DNA of 64,000 nucleotides from a virus: IMG/VR virus record IMGVR_UViG_3300012642_000011, positions 64,001 to 128,000 of that record; one strand, 5' to 3'. Shown piece by piece: positions 59,598 to 64,000 of this stretch (position 1 is its first letter; each line of letters starts with the position of its first letter). The notes under the pieces were generated by a model. It saw only the letters and a program-made list of their open reading frames with translations, ran no database searches and was not told where the DNA came from. The position numbers and the translations under genes were made by a program.

Positions 59598-60299
59598 ATG
59601 ACAGTTAACGCTTTTGACGCCATTGAATTTGCAGACAACCCAGATCCACGATGCCCTGTAGTAGTAACAATCGATTGCTCTGACTCTATGGACATGGTAA
59701 GAGAAGGAGAAGACAGAACACCACTTGAAGCCGTCAACGGAGCCTTGGACACATTGGTTTCTGCTATTAATAGTGATCCATTGTCCAAGAGGAGAGTTGA
59801 ACTTTCATTTGTACCTTATGGGACACATGTTGCTGAACCTACACCCTTTGTAACCATTGAAAACATCCTCAATGGTGGTGCTCCCCTACCAGACCTGAAG
59901 AAAATGGGAGTGACAAGCACAGGCGCGGCTTTAACAAAGGCAATTGATGCCATTGAAGACAGAAAGCAGATCTACAAAAGCCAAGGTGTTCCTTACTACC
60001 AAGGAATTCTCCTGCTTATTAGTGATGGATTGTCAACTGACGATCTCAGTTCCGCATCCCAAAGACTGAAGGAACTTGAAGCAGCAAAGAAGATCAGTTT
60101 CTTTGCCGTAGGTGTTCAAGGTGCAGACATTGACCAGTTAAGTCAAATCGGAGACCCCAATAGAGTAGCATTGCCATTATCAGGTACAAAATTTGATGAA
60201 CTATTCATCTGGCTGAGTCAATCAGCAGCATCTGTATCTGCATCTACGCCTGGTGACAAAGTTGCAGTTCCTTCACCAGCAGGATGGGCAGAAATCTGA
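59598..60299 (+). CDS. TerY-like von Willebrand factor A domain protein
   Basis: MIDAS CPVVVTIDCSDSMD...PLEAVNGALDTLVS; about 230 aa typical of TerY-like vWA proteins; ATG 59598 with AAGGAGAA RBS (ORF opens at 59556). Confidence 0.5.
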   Translation: MTVNAFDAIEFADNPDPRCPVVVTIDCSDSMDMVREGEDRTPLEAVNGALDTLVSAINSDPLSKRRVELSFVPYGTHVAEPTPFVTIENILNGGAPLPDLKKMGVTSTGAALTKAIDAIEDRKQIYKSQGVPYYQGILLLISDGLSTDDLSSASQRLKELEAAKKISFFAVGVQGADIDQLSQIGDPNRVALPLSGTKFDELFIWLSQSAASVSASTPGDKVAVPSPAGWAEI

Positions 60300-60308
60300 T
60301 TACCATTG

Positions 60309-60352
60309 AAAATGCCATGATAGAATCATAAATCTATCATGGCATTTTTGTT
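60309..60352 (+). terminator. intrinsic terminator
   Basis: AAAATGCCATGATAGA/CTATCATGGCATTTT hairpin plus T5 tract. Confidence 0.7.
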
Positions 60353-60716
60353 AGTATATTCCTCAGCAAGCGATTCCTTAACAAGAAAGAAGAACAACGT
60401 GGCATCTGTACCATCTGAAATCAACAAGGAAGAATCTCACAAAAATCATAACGACGCTTTCACCACAGGCGCGTCTGCATTCTCTGTTGCTATGACTTTT
60501 GTTCCTCTTATTGGACTCCTTTGTAGTATAGGAACGTTCTTCCTATCCAGAAGGCGAGAGAACGCAATAGGCGTCACGCTTTCCATTGTCGCCTTTGTCT
60601 ATAACCTTGTCTTCACATCGATCCTTATCATTGGATACATTCTTACCGATGCTGTAATTCAGCAAATTGCACCAGGATCAAGCATCTCTGATCTTCTAAA
60701 CTCCTTTGCTACTTGA
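60339..60716 (+). CDS. possible small membrane protein (doubtful)
   Basis: ORF start lies inside the terminator stem with no RBS; 2 TM; low confidence. Confidence 0.3.
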   Translation: MAFLLVYSSASDSLTRKKNNVASVPSEINKEESHKNHNDAFTTGASAFSVAMTFVPLIGLLCSIGTFFLSRRRENAIGVTLSIVAFVYNLVFTSILIIGYILTDAVIQQIAPGSSISDLLNSFAT

Positions 60717-60948
60717 TGCAAAAAGTCAAGCATCAGCACACTGTAACGCTAAACACATCATGTTAAGTTTTCGCATGATTGCCGGGATAATCATTCGTCG
60801 GCAACATGATTTCAAAACTTCTCTACTATCGAGTTGACAAAGCGATCAACGCTATGGTAGGATGATGACATCATCAACATCACAAGTTAATACGAAGTTA
60901 TTCGGTTCAGGGCGAAAATCGATCTGAAAGATGAATTTCAACAAGGAC

Positions 60949-60977
60949 TTGACAACCGAGAGACACTATGGTATGAT
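60949..60977 (+). promoter_or_regulatory. sigma70-consensus promoter (TTGACA-17-TATGAT), repeat copy 2
   Basis: TTGACA 60949-60954, TATGAT 60972-60977. Confidence 0.55.
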
Positions 60978-61062
60978 GATAACATCATCAACATCACAAG
61001 TGAATACGAAGTTATCTGGTCCAAGTTGAAAAGCGATCTGAAAGATGAATTTCATCAAGGAC

Positions 61063-61091
61063 TTGACAACCGAGAAACAGTGTGTTATGAT
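61063..61091 (+). promoter_or_regulatory. sigma70-consensus promoter (TTGACA-17-TATGAT), repeat copy 3
   Basis: TTGACA 61063-61068, TATGAT 61086-61091; further TTGACA promoters at 61365 (weak -10) and 61484 (TAGAGT -10). Confidence 0.55.
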
Positions 61092-61171
61092 AGAGACATC
61101 AACAACGCAAACGCGAAGTTGAAACAACCAAAAACATTCAGGCAAAAGATCACAGGAAAAGGAGGCACAGA

Positions 61172-61276
61172 ATGTTTAAGAAGCATGAGAACAAGTTTAA
61201 GAATATTCTGCTTGACCTTCGGGATCTTGATTATCTCGATTTTAAGCGAGATATCCTGAATAACCTTCATCACTGA
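61172..61276 (+). CDS. small ORF (34 aa) with strong RBS downstream of the promoter array
   Basis: AAAGGAGG, 7 nt, ATG; MFKKHENKFKNILLDLRDLDYLDFKRDILNNLHH; too short for the ORF track. Confidence 0.35.
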   Translation: MFKKHENKFKNILLDLRDLDYLDFKRDILNNLHH

Positions 61277-61891
61277 TTAGGTGAACTTCCGCCAAATCAT
61301 TGCGAAGGGCGAGATAAGAATAGAAGCAAAAGAATCCAAACACATACACAAATGAATACTTGTCTTGACAGATGCAGACTGGACGTGATAACGTTGATAA
61401 CAGTCACAGCAACATATGTCTTATTGAGGACTTGCCAGAGTAGCAACGAGATGAGATCCAACATATGAAGCACATCATGGACTTGACAAACAAAAATTCA
61501 TGGTGTAGAGTGGTTGGTAACAATTTAAAAATGAGGACGGGGCTAGGCAATCCCGAGGAAGAACGACCCTGAGCAGATCTGGGCTTACCGTAGATAGGGA
61601 AACCAGTGATTGTCATCAGATTATTCACTTCAGAATAATTCTGGACAATAAGAAATAATTATGTTTCAAAGCATGGTGATTTCTTTGAATCATGTAGGCA
61701 TACATGATTTCCATCATCAGATGGTTGTCATAAGCACGTGTACAAGGTGCGAGATGAGGATCGCCGTTGAAACGGAATATAAGAATTACAATGTTGAATC
61801 CTCTCATCACGCATGCAATTGGTGGCAATGAGAACAAGGGTTCTGCATTTCCTTCTCAAGAGTCACCATTTCAGCATACTCTTGAGAATAT

Positions 61892-61965
61892 GCCTCTGTA
61901 GCTCAGTTGGTTAGAGCATCCGCCTCTTAAGCGGCAGGTCGTGGGTTCAAGTCCCACTGGGGGCA
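61892..61965 (+). tRNA. tRNA-Lys (anticodon CTT)
   Basis: cloverleaf GCCTCTG-TA-GCTC AGTTGGTTA GAGC-...anticodon loop CTCTTAA...T-arm GTGGG TTCAAGT CCCAC, acceptor 3' TGGGGGC + A; several G-U pairs in the acceptor stem. Confidence 0.75.
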
Positions 61966-62134
61966 CTGAGAGAAAGTTAGTAAATCTTTCTCTTTTGTAC
62001 CTTGCAAGAACATCTTTATGATGCCATATCATAAGCAACGTGTTCATCAATGCAAGATAGGAGAATTTTACTCAGGAAACATCCTAACAATATTATTCTC
62101 CATAGCCAAAATTTCCTTCTCATGCAGAAGGTAT

Positions 62135-62207
<73 letters not shown>

Positions 62208-62295
62208 CAAAGAATGGCCGAAAACTGGTTCGAAACGGTATGCGGCGTCTTTAAGATCATGGTGTACAACATTGTCTTGAAGGTTTCTTTATTGT

Positions 62296-62363
62296 TCTTC
62301 TATGGTGTAAATGGAAAGCAAGCGTTCGTAGGAAAGGTGTAGGTTCGAATCCTGCTGGTAGAA
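62296..62363 (+). tRNA. tRNA-like element / probable pseudo-tRNA embedded in a 16-bp inverted repeat
   Basis: canonical T-arm GTAGG TTCGAAT CCTGC but no foldable D or anticodon arm; flanked by perfect 12-bp IR CTTTATTGTTCT (62287-62298) / AGAACAATAAAG (62360-62371). Confidence 0.25.
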
Positions 62364-62384
62364 CAATAAAGACATTCTTTTTAT

Positions 62385-62457
62385 GCTCCTGAAGCTCAAA
62401 TGGATGAGCGTCCGATTGAAGATCGGAAGGTTGTGGGTTCGATACCCACCGGGAGCA
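62385..62457 (+). tRNA. tRNA-Phe (anticodon GAA)
   Basis: GCTCCTG-AA-GCTC AAATGGAT GAGC-G-TCCGA TTGAAGA TCGGA-AGGTT-GTGGG TTCGATA CCCAC-CGGGAGC-A. Confidence 0.85.
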
Positions 62458-62507
62458 CTGTATCTTCGGATACTCAATAATTCTACGATGTGATGTAGAA
62501 TTATTAT

Positions 62508-62580
62508 GCCTGCGTAGCTCAATCGGGAGAGCGCCTGTCTGTCGAACAGGAGGTAGCCAGATCGAAACTGGTCGTAGGCG
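62508..62580 (+). tRNA. tRNA-Asp (anticodon GTC), atypical T-loop
   Basis: GCCTGCG-TA-GCTC AATCGGGA GAGC-G-CCTGT CTGTCGA ACAGG-AGGTA-GCCAG ATCGAAA CTGGT-CGTAGGC-G; A at position 54 and G37 are unusual. Confidence 0.65.
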
Positions 62581-62626
62581 CAAAGGTGGTTCGCAGTGAC
62601 ACCCTGTATGCGTAGGAACTGCGTTG

Positions 62627-62702
62627 GCCTCCATATACCCTCTGGCTACGAACCAGTAGAAAGGTTAATGGATACATGCAGGTTCGAGTCCTGCTGGGGG
62701 CA
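62627..62702 (+). tRNA. tRNA-like / degenerate tRNA (Arg ACG-like anticodon hairpin, no D-arm)
   Basis: 76 nt with acceptor GCCTCCA/TGGGGGC + A (identical to the tRNA-Arg at 63631) and T-arm GCAGG TTCGAGT CCTGC; a CTGG CTACGAA CCAG hairpin with U33/A37 sits where the D-arm should be. Confidence 0.3.
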
Positions 62703-62729
62703 CGAAAGAGATCAATAATCTCTTATCAT

Positions 62730-62810
62730 GCTGGTATGCCAGAGGTCTGGCACCCGGTCTGTAAAACCGGCGTCATAGCGACAAAGTGGGTTCGATACCC
62801 TCTGCCAGCA
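62730..62810 (+). tRNA. tRNA-Tyr (anticodon GTA), type II with long variable arm
   Basis: GCTGGTA-TG-CCAG AGGT CTGG; anticodon stem CCGGT/ACCGG, loop CTGTAAA; variable arm GTCATAGCGAC; T-arm GTGGG TTCGATA CCCTC; acceptor TGCCAGC + A. Confidence 0.75.
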
Positions 62811-62990
62811 CTGTGCTGACAAAGCACACATCCACAGGATGATCTTCTCTCTTAGATCACTGACAACAAATGGCAAGGTGGCCTGTGATCTGTAACGGGA
62901 AGAGAGAATTGCCACCATGAGGCTAGTCATGGCGTCTTTTGATGCAAGACGGTCCCGAGGAAACAGGGTGTCTGCTGTAACGCATCATAT

Positions 62991-63063
62991 GCCTCTTTAC
63001 TCCAATGGTAGAGAGAATCGGTTCAGATCCGATACAGTCTGGGTTCGACTCCCAGAAGAGGCA
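62991..63063 (+). tRNA. class-I tRNA with Leu anticodon CAG (non-canonical: no long variable arm)
   Basis: perfect cloverleaf: GCCTCTT/AAGAGGC acceptor, D-loop AATGGTAG, anticodon stem ATCGG/CCGAT, loop TTCAGAT, 5-nt variable loop ACAGT, T-arm CTGGG TTCGACT CCCAG, discriminator A. Confidence 0.6.
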
Positions 63064-63236
63064 CGCATGGACAAAAAGAAACGTTTGTCTCTGTATTTGT
63101 TGACACTTGATGCCAACACCAAGTTAGCGGGAGTGGTCCGTGGGATCACTCCGATGGTTCCATGTGACCTTCCACATGGCATCTTACGAAGACGAGATGA
63201 TCGCGGGGAAGCAGGTTGTTCTTGTAACGTCTTCAT

Positions 63237-63308
63237 GCCTCTCTATTCCAATGTAGAGAAACACGGCTAAGAACCGTGACAGTCTGGGTTCGACTCCCAG
63301 GAGAGGCA
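63237..63308 (+). tRNA. class-I tRNA with Leu anticodon AAG (paralog of 62991..63063; non-canonical)
   Basis: GCCTCTC/GAGAGGC acceptor, anticodon stem CACGG/CCGTG, loop CTAAGAA, variable ACAGT, identical T-arm CTGGG TTCGACT CCCAG, discriminator A. Confidence 0.6.
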
Positions 63309-63380
63309 CGGAAACATCAGTATGCCATGCTTCTACTATTGATAATATGCGTACAGTACTTTAAATCAAAGGAGCATATT

Positions 63381-63563
63381 ATGGTAGCAGATATCCAAGG
63401 ATGGCAACTGACATTTCTAGTTCTCGTTATTATCGTCAGCATCCTCCTTTTTGCTGGACTCCTTCTCATTATTAGGGGAATGAATCTTGGCAAGTCAGGG
63501 AGAAGATTCAGATCAGGGATGAATAATGAGACAACGCAGAAAACGGAGATGGACTCTCAGTAA
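63381..63563 (+). CDS. small single-TM protein (60 aa)
   Basis: AAAGGAG RBS, 7 nt, ATG 63381; MVADIQGWQLTFLVLVIIVSILLFAGLLLIIRGMNLGKSGRRF...; the longer ORF-track ORF 63276..63563 is rejected because its 5' part is tRNA sequence. Confidence 0.45.
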   Translation: MVADIQGWQLTFLVLVIIVSILLFAGLLLIIRGMNLGKSGRRFRSGMNNETTQKTEMDSQ

Positions 63564-63630
63564 CCATCAACGTCCGCTGATAAGCCTGATCGCGTTGTAG
63601 AGCACATGATAACACATGGTCGCTTTACAA

Positions 63631-63703
63631 GCCTCCATAGCTCAGTGGATAGAGCGTCTGACTTCGGATCAGAGGGCCGTGGGTTCAAATCCTACTGGGG
63701 GCA
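63631..63703 (+). tRNA. tRNA-Arg (anticodon TCG)
   Basis: GCCTCCA-TA-GCTC AGTGGATA GAGC-G-TCTGA CTTCGGA TCAGA-GGGCC-GTGGG TTCAAAT CCTAC-TGGGGGC-A. Confidence 0.8.
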
Positions 63704-63894
63704 CGATCTTGGTCAATCCAAGATTTGACTGACCATCACAAAAGTTTCTTTATCATTGCGGATTATCTACCCGCCAAAGAGAAAAGAAACAGAAATGTTG
63801 GATCAGATCAAGGAATAGTTATCTCAATTCTTGGATCTTCACCTGAAGAGATGAGAGATAAGAATACTGTGAGAACAAGCCGTTCTCATAGCAT

Positions 63895-63980
63895 GGTGTG
63901 TGAGATGGATGCTGGTTAGCCATGTCAGGTTGTGACCCTGATGACGAATGTCTGCGCGGGTTCAATCCCCGTCACGCACC
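63895..63980 (+). tRNA. tRNA-His (anticodon GTG) with G-1 and an unusually long variable arm
   Basis: extra 5' G pairing with discriminator C (bacterial His signature); GTGTGTG-AG-ATGG...CCAT; anticodon stem TCAGG/CCTGA, loop TTGTGAC; 14-nt variable hairpin GAC GAAT GTC; T-arm GCGGG TTCAATC CCCGT; acceptor CACGCAC + C. Confidence 0.6.
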
Positions 63981-64000
63981 CGAGGAGCACTTTCACGTGT

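Larger units (their letters stand above)
60834..61170 (+). repeat. three tandem about 115-bp direct repeats, each carrying a TTGACA-N17-TATGAT-type promoter
   Basis: units starting 60834, 60949 and 61063 share ...gatctgaaagatgaatttca(a/t)caaggacTTGACAAccgaga...TATGAT...catcatcaacatcacaagt; about 85% identity between units 1 and 2. Confidence 0.6.

Noticed and set aside
60834-61170. Possible CRISPR array
   Set aside because: Repeat units are about 115 bp, contiguous (no unique spacers), lack a palindromic CRISPR-repeat character and contain sigma70 promoters. No cas genes present.
61026-61259. 77-aa ORF through promoter repeat copy 3
   Set aside because: Starts inside the repeated promoter unit without an RBS and overlaps the well-supported 34-aa ORF in another frame. 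Likely spurious.
61530-61620. Possible hammerhead/twister-like ribozyme or tmRNA/RNase P fragment in the GC-rich paired segment
   Set aside because: Core motifs (CUGANGA...GAAA for hammerhead; tmRNA tag ORF plus tRNA-like end; RNase P P4 sequences) are not present. Left only as an unclassified structured region.
62257-62634. minus-strand ORF of 125 aa across the tRNA array
   Set aside because: Antisense to tRNA-Phe and tRNA-Asp; no RBS. Shadow ORF.
62850-62905. Mini tRNA-like hairpin TGGCAAGGTGGCC...ATTGCCACCA ending in CCA
   Set aside because: Only about 46 nt, no D/anticodon/T arms. Treated as part of the structured spacer, not a tRNA.
62917-63563. ORF-track ORFs 62917..63270 (117 aa) and the 5' two-thirds of 63276..63563
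   Set aside because: They run straight through tRNA genes and structured spacers. The repeated TVWVRLPEEA/TVWVRLPGEA peptides are just translations of the duplicated tRNA T-arm. Only the 3' 60-aa TM ORF with its own RBS (63381..63563) is kept.
63725-63919. 64-aa ORF upstream of and overlapping tRNA-His
   Set aside because: No RBS, overlaps the tRNA 5' end, composition atypical. Probably non-coding.

Overview
Read by eye from the sequence, with no database searches or tools run, this window looks like a ~64 kb fragment of a large (probably jumbo) phage of a Gram-positive, Firmicutes-like host; coordinates and motifs should be treated as approximate until checked with tools. The evidence: about 55 genes, nearly all on the + strand and tightly packed with many ATGA-type stop/start overlaps. 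It carries a DNA replication/repair set (bacterial-type RecA, DnaB, SSB-like, RecG-like, Pif1/RecD-like SF1B helicase, SNF2 helicase, SbcD/Mre11, possible sliding clamp), and a class Ib ribonucleotide reductase with NrdE interrupted by two LAGLIDADG inteins plus a free-standing homing-endonuclease-like gene between nrdF and nrdE. It also carries an HNH endonuclease, an Rnl1-like RNA ligase, a SpoU/TrmH RNA methyltransferase, and an 11-member tRNA array at the 3' end with several non-canonical members. No capsid, tail, portal or terminase genes are visible here, so this is a replication/auxiliary region. Unusual content: (1) an IS200/IS605 element (Y1 TnpA + TnpB RuvC-like nuclease) inserted between a C3/Alt-like arginine ADP-ribosyltransferase gene and an AAA+ ATPase gene; (2) a host-like cell-envelope toolkit (class A PBP with PASTA, PASTA-only membrane protein, signal peptidase I, G5 + SceD-like transglycosylase, BI-1-like membrane protein, catalytically dead DsbA-like protein); (3) a MoxR-like AAA+ gene and a HExxH-metallopeptidase/vWA gene flanking recA; (4) a ClpB-D2-like AAA+ protein between two extremely acidic proteins that may be DNA mimics; (5) an SNF2 helicase + TerY-like vWA pair; (6) a tandem array of consensus sigma70-like promoters in ~115-bp direct repeats upstream of a 34-aa ORF and the tRNA array; (7) a recurring extended -10 motif TGnTAGAAT upstream of several replication genes; (8) a strong promoter, ~330-nt leader and intrinsic terminator (attenuator-like) in front of the nrd region. 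The standard genetic code fits throughout. No CRISPR array and no rRNA were found.
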